Shown in pieces: positions 13,250 to 27,400 of a DNA stretch of 64,000 bases. Each line of letters opens with the position of its first letter. Position 1 is the first letter of the stretch. The notes under the pieces were generated by a model. The model was not told the origin of the DNA, did not search any database, and saw nothing but the letters and a program-made list of their open reading frames with translations. The DNA lies in the NCBI RefSeq assembly GCF_026210795.1, contig NC_089432.1, positions 434,001 to 498,000 on the forward strand, read 5' to 3'. Both the position numbers and the translations under genes were made by a program. The DNA is from Rhizophagus irregularis. Its lineage: Eukaryota.

Positions 13250-14226
13250 TTTCTTGATATTACAAATAAAAAGTAAAGGCAAACTGAAATCATTATAGAA
13301 TATATAAATCTTATAATAGATTAACTATATTTGTCTACTTCTAATAAAATTTAATACGTTAAACCTAATTTTGGCGCTTAATTTGATGTACAGTATATAT
13401 TGAGTGTTCGTCAAGAAAAAGTATTTCGATGTTTGACGATAAAATTTAATAAATTTAATGAATATCTTTGCAAGCTTATTATATTATTATTATTGTTAAA
13501 AAAACATCTAGTACTCATGATAGATATACGTTATCCTAGTATAAAAGTGCCCTCCCTTACTACATCATTTCACATTTAAACAATTATGAAAAGAGCGAAC
13601 AATTTCTTACCTGAAAGAATTTACGCAAGACATTCCCTTCTGGGTCTGAAAGAATAATTCGGATCAATAGATTGAAAATTTTTTATTCAGGTGCAGACGG
13701 GATGGTTATTATTAAATTCTCTTGTCGATTTCCCCCTTTTTTTCACCATTATCCCCGGGTGGCTTAGTTTACAGTTTTATATTTGTATTACTTTCGATTC
13801 TATTAAAAAACATTTTTTCATTTTTTTATTCCTACAATTTTTTTCATTTGTCATGAATTTTGCTCTCATTTCTCATGATTTTTTTCATTTTTACATTTCT
13901 TTCTCATTTCCCATGAATTTTCTTTTCATTTTTTTTTCATTCCTTACAACTTTCTTTTCATTATTTACAAATTTTCATGAACTCTTCTCGTGAATTCTCT
14001 TTAATCAAATACATACCATGGATAATAATGACATATTGGTGAAGAATTAGGAATGCAGGATTAGGGTTCAAAATCGAATTAATCGAAACTCCAATTAGAA
14101 TCGATTTAAATCGATTATCGAATAAAAAATCGCCGCCCGAATTACTACATCGTAAATCACATGACTCATATAATCAGCATTTTTTTAACTATTATTTTTT
14201 CCATTTTCTGTCTTTTTTTAAAGTTA

Positions 14227-14451
14227 GGCGACACAAAGTGGTAAAAATGGTTTTCATAGTCCGGCCGGGTCAGTTTTGTTAAGTCTTAAAAAAAAATTTT
14301 TATATTATTACTATGCCGGGTGAGAATTTTTTAAAAATTGAAAAAAAATTTCGCATATAAAATTTTTGAAAAAAAAAATTAAAAGCCGGGTTGCCGGGTT
14401 ATTGATGAAATTTTTATATTGTGAAAACCATAAAATCAAGTTTGTATGGCC
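14227..14451. mobile_element. PIF/Harbinger-like MITE
   Basis: Imperfect TIR GGCGACACAAA / TTTGTATGGCC with TTA on both flanks. Related to 42547-42844. Confidence 0.65.
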
Positions 14452-15490
14452 TTATTTCCATTGAGCAGTGATTAATTTTCCGTTATCACACTCAACTCGT
14501 AAAACATTGTTCTTTAACTGCTGCTTTTATTGTACCCCGGGTTTTGAAAATCCTTAATCTTGGTAGGTTCTGCTGTAAATCGGCCTATGTGTACAAAAAT
14601 TCAAAGTTGTACAAGACTTGAAGTTGTACGAAAATATTTTAAATTTTCGTGCGTACTAGTATAATTTTTTTTTCTAGATTTTGTATTTACTATCAAAATA
14701 CAAGGGCGTATATCTGAACTTGCATCAACGTACAGTCGTACAGTTTATTTATTACCTTATTACCTCAAGGGATCAATTTCATACTAGTACCTATTAGCTG
14801 AGATAAAGTCTCCACACATCAACTTAATTTAGAAATCAATACTATATCATTCAGACAAATAAGGCCATTACAACTTGATTGTTTAATGTACCCACCCTTT
14901 TATTTTTTTTTTTAAGAATTTATAAACATATAACAACATATATATTTAAATATCCCTCACTTTAAATGATTTTCTGAAATTTTCTAAAATGATTGTACTT
15001 TTTAAGCGCTCACACAACTTGTAAAATGAATGTGATAACAGATAACTACTATAATTATCAAATAACTCGTCCTCTTATTGATACTTATATATTAATCAAT
15101 ATATGCTGCAACTTTCTATAGAATATAAAGCAGTTTATTAAGTAAGTTAATGTTATTTTTCTTTTATGCAGGAATTATAATAAACATATAAATATAATTT
15201 TATTTTTTTTAAACATATTTTTATTAATCTTAAAACAGATATAAATATAAGGTTAAGTTTGATAAAAACAAAATTTTGCTTTTACATCATTTTAATGTTC
15301 ATTTAATTACGTTTCATAATATTGACTATGTAAATAAAGAATTTAAGCGCAATCTTCAGAATTGATATTGAGTATGGTAAAATAAACTCTTATAGATTCT
15401 ATATATATGTATAAAAAGGAATAAATATTGTATCAAAAATATGATCTAATAAAACAAATTAAATTTATATAATTACCTAGATTAGATATT

Positions 15491-16903
15491 CTATTCATCA
15501 TTATTATCAGCATTTTTTGGTTCTGGAAGATTTTTAAAATCTAAAAGTCTACTTGTATAAACTGCTTGAGGATGTGTCGTATATGATATAGTACTAGTAG
15601 GTGATGAAAAAGATAACTTTTTATTAATATCATCTGTTTCTTTAACTTGTCCGTAAATTACAGAATCCACCTTATTGTAATGAATATCACTATATGAATT
15701 ATAAAATAACACACTTAATTCATGTGCATTAGGTCGTTTTAAAGGGTCTGCATCCCAACATTGATTAATAATATCAAAAATCAATTGAGGAATTTTATAA
15801 TTAGATTTTGGCCTCAACCCTTTACAAATTTTCATTGCTAAGAATTCATCATGAGCTATATCATAGTAAGGAGGAAAACCTGTACAAATTTCATATGCAA
15901 TGATTCCAAGCCCATAAATATCACTTTTTTGAGTATATTCATTTCCTCTTAAAACTTCTGGAGCTACATAAGGTAATACTCCATATATATTTTTATTTTG
16001 AGAGGATTTGACATTTGCCGGCTGACTTAATCCCAAATCAGTAATATAAGCCTTGTCACCAAAATCGCTTAATATATTTCCACAATGAAAATCATGATGA
16101 ATTAATCCTTTATTGTGAATATCACTAAGACCATATGCAATAACAGTTAAAATATACGACTTTTGTTCCCAATTCAGTGAAATGAAGTTGTTATTCAAAT
16201 GTTGTCTTAAACCACCATTTTTTAATTCCATTACCATCATAAAATTATTTGTTTTTGGATCTTTGGTAATACCAAAACAACGAACTATCCAAACAGAACT
16301 ATATACTAAAATGTTTGATTCAACCTTAAAAGAAAATTATAGTTAGTTTAGCATTTATAAAGGTTAATGAAGATTCATGAGAAAATACCTCACCTCTTTT
16401 AAAAATTCGGTCGTAATATCTTTTGAGTCGTTCAAACATTTTAAAGCAACTTTTGTTGCACCTTTTCTTTTCAATGGACCTGCACAATTTAAATTTATAT
16501 TCTGAGGACCATCTTTCCAAATTGCTTTAAAAGTAGTTCCAAATCCCCCTTTCGCTAAATATTCAATATCTTCAAATTTATCATATTCAATCCATTCTAT
16601 GATATGATCTACATCTTTAGCTTTTAATTGTGCTTTTTTAATAAACTCATCAACGTCATGATTTCCACTTGTCCAATTTTTGAAATTTTGTTGAGAATGT
16701 TGTGAATTACATGACCGACAATAATGATGACTAGTTTTAGGCTGTTTGCATGTTTCACATAAACCATATGATTTATAACATTCTTTTAATTCTTTGTCTG
16801 TTATTAGTTCATCAATTAACGATTCTTGTCCTTCAGTCAAATCATAATATTTGAACTCTTTTATTTGTTCAATTACATAATCACTTAATTTAATTTCATC
16901 CAT
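15491..16903 (-). CDS. Tyrosine-kinase-like protein kinase with N-terminal CxxC..CxxC/WTSGN module (exons 16903-16394, 16324-15491)
   Basis: Motifs CETC..CRSC, NWTSGN, GGFG, VALK, HHDFHCGN, DLG, PYVAPE, SDIYGLG and tail HPQAVYTSRLL. GT-AG intron 16393-16325 joins the exons in frame. Confidence 0.9.
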
Positions 16904-17185
16904 TTTAATAAATAATTTTTTAAACAAAAAATGTTATTAATTCGTAAGTAAAAATCACAAAAAAAAAAGAAGAAAAAAATAATAAGAAAAATAGTGAGAA
17001 AGCTTTCAAGATCGGCAAAAAAATTATGAAAAAAAAGACTAGTTAAAATAACAGAGGAAACACACTAGTCCTGATCGGCAATTAATTTATTCAATTTTGG
17101 AAAATTATTAAAAATTTCCATAATAAGTAATATTAAATGATAGAATAAATAACTAAATATAGTTTAAAAGAATTATGTATGTAAT

Positions 17186-17380
17186 TCCTGTCGCACTAAA
17201 TGATTTACCTTCATACTAATTTTTGGAAAATTACGAGTGATTTAGCTGAGTTTATAAAATGATCGAGAATCTTCGTTTACTTATTTTCCGGTCTCATATA
17301 GATAACCGGGAAATCCCTAATTTTAGTTTAAAATAGTTAAATATAGTTAATCACATGTTAAATTTCCATGAAATAAATAA
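17186..17380 (-). mobile_element. Miniature internally deleted derivative of the Crypton-like element at 34548-36449
   Basis: Reverse complement joins TTATTTCATGG..AAATTTAACATGTGATTAACTAT (cf. 34548-34640) to TTAGGGATTTCCCGGTTATCTATATGA..GAAGATTCTCG..GCGACAGGA (cf. 36328-36449). Confidence 0.7.
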
Positions 17381-19213
17381 TCTGAAATTTAATGAAATTT
17401 TTTACAAATTTAGCAAAAAGAAAATTGCATTTATTATTTCAAATTAAATTAAACAACTTCCAAATTTCCAAAATTCTCTTCTTATGTCTAAAATTTGACT
17501 TCTAGAATGGATTGAATATATATGATAGCTAGATTTGAAAAAATTACTAGTTGTAGATGTTCAATATTATATGACTGTCACCAATGCTACTGTATATAAA
17601 ATCATAAATGTGTTAATCTGATTACATACTCATATAAACCATAATGTTCAGTTTATAATAAAATTTTAATTCTTTCATTTATTACTAACAATTTTTGTTT
17701 TTTGAGGTTTTGATGGTCAAGATCATATTTGAATAAATTATAGCTAGGTTTGAGAAAATATTATATCACGTAAAAGTTTAGACTAGTTTTAATTTCGCTG
17801 AATTGAAATATTTAATAATGTCGTCATATGTATTAATTTATCTTATTCGTAATAATTATTTTTTTTTACTAAATTCATAAATAATTATTGCTTAACTTGA
17901 ATAATTTTTTAATTTAAATTTAATATTTAATATGTATCATATAAAATCATATTTTTTTTACGTAGCTCAATAGTTTAGAAACAGAAACAATCCAAAGATA
18001 AAATTCATTGGGTGCCAATCCCCCCCTACCTGTTTGTAGAGGAGGGCTTTTCATAAGGCTAAGTATATATACATATAGTATGCTATAAATACCTTAAATA
18101 TAATAATAATAAATTTTAAAGATTATAAATAAAATATCAGGCGAAAAGCCCTGTTTATATTAAATTAAATATCACGTGCATCACGTGACATACCAATAAC
18201 GCACTGCTGAGTTGGTTGGTTGGATTGCATTAATATCCTCTTTTTTTCACCTGGATAATCGAGATGATGACATTTTCCACTTTTATAGCTTAATCAATAG
18301 GTCTTTTTCCATAGCTTTTAGAAATTTCATATTGAAAATCTCACCACCAAAGATTGATACGATATCATAAATAATGTGGGAAAATAAATTCACAACGAGT
18401 GGCCTCTTTTTTAATAGAAATTTTGTTTAATTATCATAAAATATATACAGCCATTCCCTGACGACATTCATTACTTAAGGGTCAAATTCTATCTAAAAAT
18501 ATTAAGAACGTAGATGATAAATGTATGTTAGCGATTAATCATTTATTAGATTATTAATCATATATTCATTCATTTATAATTGAAAAACTATAACATGATG
18601 GTTAGTGTATTTTAGTGGCCGACCATTTGTCCAGATTTTAACTAAAACGGGAAATAAATGATAATTAAAAAGGATTTTATTCCCAAGTTTCTTGATTGAT
18701 TTGTTTTTTAAAAAAAAAAAAAATTAAATTGACGAAAAAAAGAATATACTTTTTTTTTACTGTTTTTGTGCACCGACAAGAAATATTTTGATTGCGATAT
18801 ATGGTTAACGTAAGGTCGTAAGGCGTAAAAATTATTTAACAATCATGTTGTACAGGATGTATGTACTAATTAATAAATAAATATGTTTAGGTCAAAAACT
18901 TAAAATATATTGGTAATTCAAAATTATAAATTCGGTTTTCGTTATCATTTAAGGTAAATAAGCTTATTTTTACATTATTGTAATAGTGTAATATTTAATA
19001 AATAAATATAATTATAAAAAAAAAATACAAAATTTAGTATAGAATTATCAAAAAAGAAATCCGAAGAACAACCAAGGAATTTATGGATACGTGTTGATAA
19101 AAGAAAATATCATGTAAAAAATTTATTTATAATTATTTAATTTATAATATTTTTTTTTTAATTAAATTGAAAGCTTCATGTTACCATTGGTTCAACTACT
19201 GAATTACTAGAAG

Positions 19214-20720
19214 ATACAGATGAAAAAATAATTTATATGGAAGATTTAGAAAAAAGAACGCGAATATATGGAATATGTGGAGAACGTTATGAACCTGGTA
19301 CAGGAAGTTCATGGTGTCGACCTTGTAATGCTAAAAGATTTAAAGAAAATTTTAAAAATTAGACTAGTGGAAATAAAGATATTGATGAATTAATTCAACG
19401 GTCACAACTTAATGCTTTACATTTTACAAAATGTCTTGAATGGATACATACATTATAATAATTTTGAAGATATTACTTATATTACAAGTGGTGGATTTGG
19501 TAAAATTTATTCTGTTAAATAGTTTGAAGGATATGTTAGGTGTTGGGATATTGAGAATCAGAAATGGATAAGAGATTCGTATTTCACAGTTGCGTTAAAA
19601 AGTTTGGATAATTCTTCTGATATAGGCGTAGCTTTTCTAAATGAGGTAATTCGAAATCTCCTTCATGTCATATATGTGTAATTATTTTTTAATAATATGA
19701 TCTTTTGCCTAAAAAATAAAAAAATTATTTTCTTTCTTCTTATCTTTAATATTCATATTAGGTTAAATCCCATCTTCTTATTTATTTTAAAGAGGTTGTT
19801 AGATGTTTCGACGTGACTCAAGACTCAATTACTAAAAATTATATGATGGTATTAAGATATTGTAAGCATGGAAATTTAAGAAATTATTTAAGCCAGTTTG
19901 AATATATTAATTTAAATTTTAAAACTGGTAAATTATCGGAAATTGCAAGAGGACTTTTAAATATTCATAATTCAGGAAATATATTACTAAATTCTGAGTT
20001 TTCATATATAAGTGATTTAGGAATGTGTCAACCGGTAAATGGTAAAATGATTGAAGAAGGAATCTATGGAGTATTACCTTATATGGCACCAAAAGTTTTA
20101 CGCGGACATCAATACACAAAAGAAGCAGATATTTACTCGTTTGGAATAATAATGAATGAATTTATAACAAAAGAAATTCCTCATAATAATATTCCTCATG
20201 ATCATTCTTTAGTTGTTAAAATATGTAAAATATGTAAAGGACTTCGACTAAAAATTTCTAATGATACATCAAAATTAATTTCAGATTTAATTATTAAATG
20301 TTGGGAACTTGGGATGCTAAAGTAAAAAATAGGCCAATAACTAAAGAATTATATCACAAATAGTAAAATGTGAAAAAATTAGAAAAATCCAATTAAAAAG
20401 GAGTGGATCAAATGAGACTTATGAGAGTAAGCAATTTATACTAGTAGACTTTTAAATTTTAATAATCTCCCGGAACCAACAAATTCTTCAGTTTTATTAT
20501 TTAGAAACCCAGGCAAAATTTAATATTTATTATGAAACTTTTATTTTTCATTAATTATTAATTATTAATTATTCTTTTAAATAGATGTTGTCCAACCACA
20601 AACAGAAAATTTAAGTAAGTATTTTTACGTAATCATATGGTAATATTTATACAATAATATTTATTGTTTATTTAATTTTATAGTTTTGGAATGTTTTGAT
20701 TATCAATTGAGTGAATCAGG
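19214..20720 (+). pseudogene. TKL kinase pseudogene
   Basis: YGICGE..WCRPC, N*TSGN (TGG>TAG), frameshift near 19450, GGFG, VALK, catalytic loop deleted (IHNSGNILL), PYMAPK, ADIYSFG and AIYTSRLL remnant. The 5' boundary is approximate. Confidence 0.85.
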
Positions 20721-21486
20721 TAAAACATTTTAAATTTTCGTGACGCCTAAAGAATTTGTTAAATAAGTTCAATTTAGGCTTTTAAAAGTATAATAATTAT
20801 TATTTATAAAAGTTTTGTATTAATTATTTATATTATCTTATATATGTTAACATTTTTTTTTATTTTTAATTATTTAAACTATTTTTTTCTATAACTAGGT
20901 AACAGGATCCGTTATATTAACTTATTTTTTTTATTAATTTTATTTGATATTAAATTTAAGATAATGAAATCATCATACTCCCAATTTTCTGGAATAAGCA
21001 AAAAAAGAGAACTTGTTCTTTGAAAATTTATTATTTTCTTTGTATTAAATTGTTTTTAATTAAAGAAATATGTCAAATGTCTCTTATGCAGAACTTCCAA
21101 AACTTTACTGTAGCAAAATGACTTTGAAAAATGGATTTCTGCGAAACAGACTTAGATGAAATGTACCATAATCATTATAATTTATAAGAAATAATGAAAT
21201 AAAAATAGTATAAACAAATATTATTCAATAATTATTATATTTGTATTTAATATATTTATTTTATTGCAAAAATTATAAATTACATAATATACTGATAAAT
21301 AATTCAATAAATAACAAGATCATTGATTTTCAATTATACATTCAAAACACTCAGAATTTTCTTGAACTAAGATTTCAGACTTTTCCTGAACTATGATTTC
21401 AGATTTTTCTCGAGCAGTAAATTTGCGACTTGTATAATATGCTTGTGGATGAGATTGCATAATAGAAGTATTTGCTTGTTCTTGTA

Positions 21487-24400
21487 CTAAAGTTTTGTCT
21501 GCTTTGCAAATTCCAACATATCATCTTTTAATTGATTATCAACATTAGGTACCATAAATTTATAATCTCCATCCCTGTTTATACTATAATATTCACTAAT
21601 ACATCTGATCCATTCAGATACAATATTTTCAAGCATTATTATGGTTGGTCTATTGGATGGATTTGAATCCCAACATTTTTTCATTAAATCTATATAACAT
21701 TTTGGAGTATTTTTTATAATTTCAGGGCGTTTCTCTTCACAGATACTCAAAATAAGGTGATGATCATGTGCTTCATGATTAAATGGAGGAATACCGGATG
21801 TAAATTCCCACATTATCATTGAAAAACTATAAATATCACTTGCTGGCGTATAGGGTTTGTTTCTTAATATTTCAGGAGCCATATAAGGTAAAACTCCATA
21901 AATTTCATTAACCTTATTACCAGAATCACTTATAGGTTTACATAGTCCTAAATCAATAATAAATAACTCATTGTGATTATCTGACATTAAAATATTACCA
22001 TCATGAAAATCACCATGAGTTAAATTTGATTCATGAATTACTTTAAGTCCTAATATAATTGTTTTCAATAATTGTAACTTGTCTTGCCACTTAAATTTAA
22101 TTATATCAGATAAACATTTTCTCAAACTTCCTTTTTTTGCATAACTCATTACTATTATATAATTTAAATTATTTGGATCTTGTGTAATTCCAAAGAATTG
22201 AATAAATTTTGAAAATGATTTTTTTTGACAATTATAATGATATTTCCACTATATAGATGATAAAAAAATTATTAAATTTTTTGCAAAAGAAAAATAAAAT
22301 TTGCTATTAAAATAAATACTATACCTCATCCAGAAATTCACTATTTAAATTTGATGAATTATTAAGTGTTTTGAGAATAACTTCATACTCTGTTTGTCTA
22401 TACCATTGTTGTTTGTCAAAGTCCCAACCATAAATAGGTCCATCTAACCAGATAGCTTTATGAATTTCACCAAATCCTCCTTTATCATAATAATCAATAC
22501 TTGACAATTTATTATAAGGTATCCATTCTAAAATTTCATAACTATTTTTAGCATTTAGTTGTGCTTCTTTAATAAATTCATCAATAAATTCATCTTTACT
22601 AGTCCACTTTGAAAAATCTTGTTGAAATCGTCTAGTATTACATTGTTGGCACCACTGATAATCAGTATATGGTCGCTTGCATTCATTACATAAATTCTTC
22701 TTTGTCCCTTCTTCATTATTATAACATTTTACTAAATTAAACATTGCTACTTCATCACCATTTTCTGCTGCTTTTTGATACCAATAAAAAGCTTTTTCTA
22801 AATTCCTCTCTGTTCCTTCTCCATTAATATAATATTTTACTAAATTAAACATTGCTGTTTCATCACCATTTTCTGCTGCTTTTTGATACCAATAAAAGGC
22901 TTTTTCTAAATTCTTTTCCGTCCCTTCTCCATTTTCATAACATTTGGCTAAATTAAACATTGCTACTTCATTATCATTTTTTGCTGCTTTTTGATACCAA
23001 TTAAAGGCCTTTTCTAAATTCTTTTCTGTTCCTTCTCTATTTTCATAACATATGGCTAAACTATTCATTGCCTTTTTATTACCATTTTCTGCTACTTTTT
23101 GATACCAATAAAAAGCTTTTTCTAAATTCTTCTCTGTTCCTTCTCCATTATTATAATATTTTACTAAATTAAACATTGCTGTTTCATCACCACTTTCTGC
23201 TGCTTTTTGATACCAATAAAAGGCTTTTTCTAAATTCTTTACTGTTCCTTCTCCATTTTTATAACACATGGCTAAACTATTCATTGCCTTTTTATCTCCA
23301 TTTTCTACTGCTTTTTGATACCAATGAAAGGCTTTTTCTAAATTCTTTTCTGTTCCTTCTCCATTTTCATAACATATGGCTAAACTATTCATTGCATTGA
23401 TATGACTATTTTCTGCTGCTTTTTGATACCAATGAAAGGCTTTTTCTAAATCCTTTTTTGGTCCTTCTCCATTTTCATAACATTTGGCTAAATTAAACAT
23501 TGCTATTTCATTACCACTTTCTACTGCCTTTCGATACCAATAAAAGGCTTTTTCTAAATTCTTTTCTGTTCCTTCTCCATTTTCATAACATATGGCTAAG
23601 TTAAACATTGCCACTTCATTACCATTTTTTACTGCTACATGATACCAATAAAAGGCTTTTATTAAATTCTTTTCTGTTCCTTCTCCATTTTCATAACATA
23701 TGGCTAAATTATTCATTGCTTTTTTATTACCATTTTCTGCTGCTTTTTGATACCAATGAAAGGCTTTTTCTAAATTTTTTTCTGTTCCCTCTCCATTATC
23801 ATACCTATCAGCTAAATTAAACATTGCTTTATTATCACCATTTTCTGCTGCTTTTTGATACCAATGAAAGGCTTTTTCTAAATTTTTTTCTGTTCCCTCT
23901 CCATTATCATAACTATTAGCTAAATTAAACATTGCTTTATTATCACCATTTTCTGCTGCTTTTTGATACCAACAAAAGGCTTTTTCTAAGTTCTTTTTTG
24001 TTCCTTCTCCATTTTCATAACATATGGCTAAACTATTCATTGCATTTTCATTACCATTTTCCACTGCTTTTTGATACCAATAAAAGGCTTTTTCTAAATT
24101 CTTTTCTGTTCCTTCTCCATTTTTATAACATATGGCTAAACTATTCATTGCATTAAGATGACCATTCTCTGCTGCTTTTTGATACCAACAAAAGGCTTTT
24201 TTTAAATTCTTTACTGTTCCTTCTCTATTTTCATAACATATGGCTAAACTATTCATTGCCTTTTTATCTCCATTTTCTGCTGCTTTTTGATACCAATGAA
24301 AGGCTTTTTCTAAATTCTTTTCTGTTCCTTCTCCATTTTTATAACATACGGCTAAACTATTCATTGCATTAATATGACCATTCACTGCTGCTATATGATA

Positions 24401-27400
24401 CCAATGAAAGGCTTTTTCTAAATTCTTTTTTGTTTCTTTTCCATTATAATAACACATGGCTAAATTAAACATTGCTACTTCATTACCATTTTCTACTACT
24501 TTTCTTTCTGTTCCTTCTCCATTTTCATAACATATGGCTAAATTATTCATTGCTTTTTTATCACCATTTTCTGCTGCTTTTTGATACCAATGAAAGGCTT
24601 TTTCTAAGTTCCTCTTTGTTCCTTCTCCATTTTCATAACATATGGCTAAACTACTCATTGCACTTTCATTACCATTTTCTGCTGCTTTTTGATACCAACG
24701 AAAGGCTTTTTCTAAATTCTTTTCCGTTCCTTCTCCATTTTTATAACAAATGGCTAAATTATTCATTGCATTAATATGACCATATTCTGCTGCTATTTGA
24801 TACCAACAAAAAGCTTTTTCTGAATTCTTTTCTATTCCTACTCCATCTTTATAACATATGGCTAAATTAAACATTGCTGTTTTATTACCATTTTCCGCTG
24901 CTTTTTTATACCAATGAAAGGCTATTTCAAAATTCTTTTCTGTTCCTTCTCCATTCTCGTAACATATGGCTAAATTATTCATTGCTTTTTTATTACCATT
25001 TTTTGCTGCTTTTTGATACCAATGAAAAGCTTTTTCTAAGTTCTTTTTTGTTCCTCTTCCATTTTCATAACATATGGCTAAATTATTCATTGCACCAATA
25101 TAACCATTTTCTGCTGCTTTTTGATACCAATGTAAGGCTTTTTCTAAATTCTTTTCTGTTCCTTTTCCATTTTCATAACATATGGCTAAATTAAACATTG
25201 CTTTTTTATTACCATTTTCTGCTGCTTTTTGATACCAATGAAAAGCTTTTTCTAAATTCTTTTCTGTTCCATCTCCATTTTCATAACATATGGCTAAACT
25301 ATTCATTGCATTTTCATTACCATTTTCTGCTGTTTTTTGATACCAACAAAAGGCTTTTTCTAAATTCTTTTCTGTTCCTCTTCCATTTTCATAACATATG
25401 GCTAAATTATTCATTGCTATTTCACTACCATTTTCTACTGCTTTTTGATACCAATGAAAGGCTTTTTCTAAATTCTTTTCTGCTCCTTTTCCATTTTCGT
25501 AACATATGGCTAAATTAAACATTGCATCAATATAACCATTTTCTGTTGCTTTTTGATACCAGTGAAAGGCTTTTTCTAGATTCTTTTTTGTTCCTTCTCC
25601 ATTTTTATAACATATGGCTAAATTAAACATTGCTACTTCATTACCATTTTCTGCTGCTTTTTGATACCAATGAAATGCTTTTTCTAAATTCTTTTCTATT
25701 CCTTTTCCATTTTTATAACATATTGCTAAGCTATTTATTGCATTAATATGACCATTTTCTGCCGCTTTTTGATACCAACAAAAGGATTTTTCTAAATTCT
25801 TTTCTGTTCCTTCTCCATTTTCATAACATATGGCTAAACTATTCATTGCATTAATATGACCATTTTCTGTTGCTTTTTGATAACAATGAAAGGCTTTTTC
25901 TAAATTCTTTTCTGTTCCTTCTCCATTTTTATAACATATGGCTAAGCTATTTATTGCATTAATATGACCATTTTCAGCCGCATTTTGATACCAACAAAAG
26001 GCTTTTTCTAAATTCTTTTCTGTTCCTTCTCCATTTTTATAACATATGGCTAAATTATTCATTGCTTTTTTATTACCATTTTCTATTGCCTTTTGATACC
26101 AATGAAAGGCTTTTTCTAAATTCTTTTCTGTTCCTTCTCCATTTTCATAACTATTGGCTAAATTATTCATTGCACTTTTATCACCATTTTTTGCTGCTTT
26201 TTGATACCAATGAAAGGCTTTTTCTAAATTCTTTTCTGTTCCTTCTCCGTTCTCATAACATATGGCTAAATTATTCATTGCTATTTCATTACCATTTTCT
26301 ACTGCTTTTTGATACCAATGAAAGGCTTTTTCTAGATTCTTTTTTGTTCCTTCTCCATTTTTATAACATATGGCTAAATTAAACATTGCTACTTCATTAA
26401 CATTTTCTGCTGCATTTTGATACCAATGAAAGGCCCTTTCTAAATTCTTTTCTGTTCCTCTTCCATTTTCATAACATATGGCTAAATTAAACATTGCTAC
26501 TTCATTAACATTTTCTGCTGCTTTTTGATACCAATGAAATGCCTTTTCTAAATTCTTTTCTGTTCCTCTTCCATTTTCATAACATATGGCTAAATTATTC
26601 ATTGCTTTTTTATCTCCATTTTCTGCTGCTTTTTGATACCAACAAAAGGCTTTTTCTAAATTCTTTTCTGTTCCTTTTCCATTTTCATAAAATATGGCTA
26701 AACTATTCATTGCATTAATATGACCACTTTCTGTTGCTTTTTGATACCAACAAAAGGCTTTTTCTAAATTCTTTTCTGTTCCTTCTCCATTTTTATAACA
26801 TATGGCTAAACTATTCATTGCATAAGTATAACCATTTTCTGCTGCTTTTTGATGCCAATGAAAGGCTTTTTCTAAATTCTTTTCTGTTCCTTTTCCATTT
26901 TTATAACATATGGCTAAATTATTCATTGCTTTTTTATCTCCATTTTCTGCTGTTTTTTGATACCAACAAAAGGCTTTTTCTAAATTCTTTTCTGTTCCAT
27001 TTCCATTTTCATAAAATATGGCTAAACTATTCATTGCATTAATATGCCCATTTTCTGTTGCTTTTTGATACCAGCAAAAGGCTTTTTCTAGATTCTTTAC
27101 TGTTCCTTTTCCATTTTCATAACATATGGCTAAACTATTCATTGCATTAATATGACCATTTTCTGCTGCTTTCTGATACCAACAAAAGGCTTTTTCTAAA
27201 TTCTTTTCTGTTCCTTTTCCATTTTCATAACATATGGCTAAATTAAACATTGCTACTTCATTACCATTTTCTACTGCATTTTGATACCAATGAAAGGCTT
27301 TTTCTAGATTCTTTGCTGTTCCTTTTCCATTTTCATAACATATGGCTAAATTAAACATTGCATTAATATAACCATATCCTGCTGCATTTTGATACCAATG

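Noticed and set aside
18042..18152. 10-bp inverted repeat AGGGCTTTTC / GAAAAGCCCT
   Set aside because: Too short and no TSD; cannot call a MITE.
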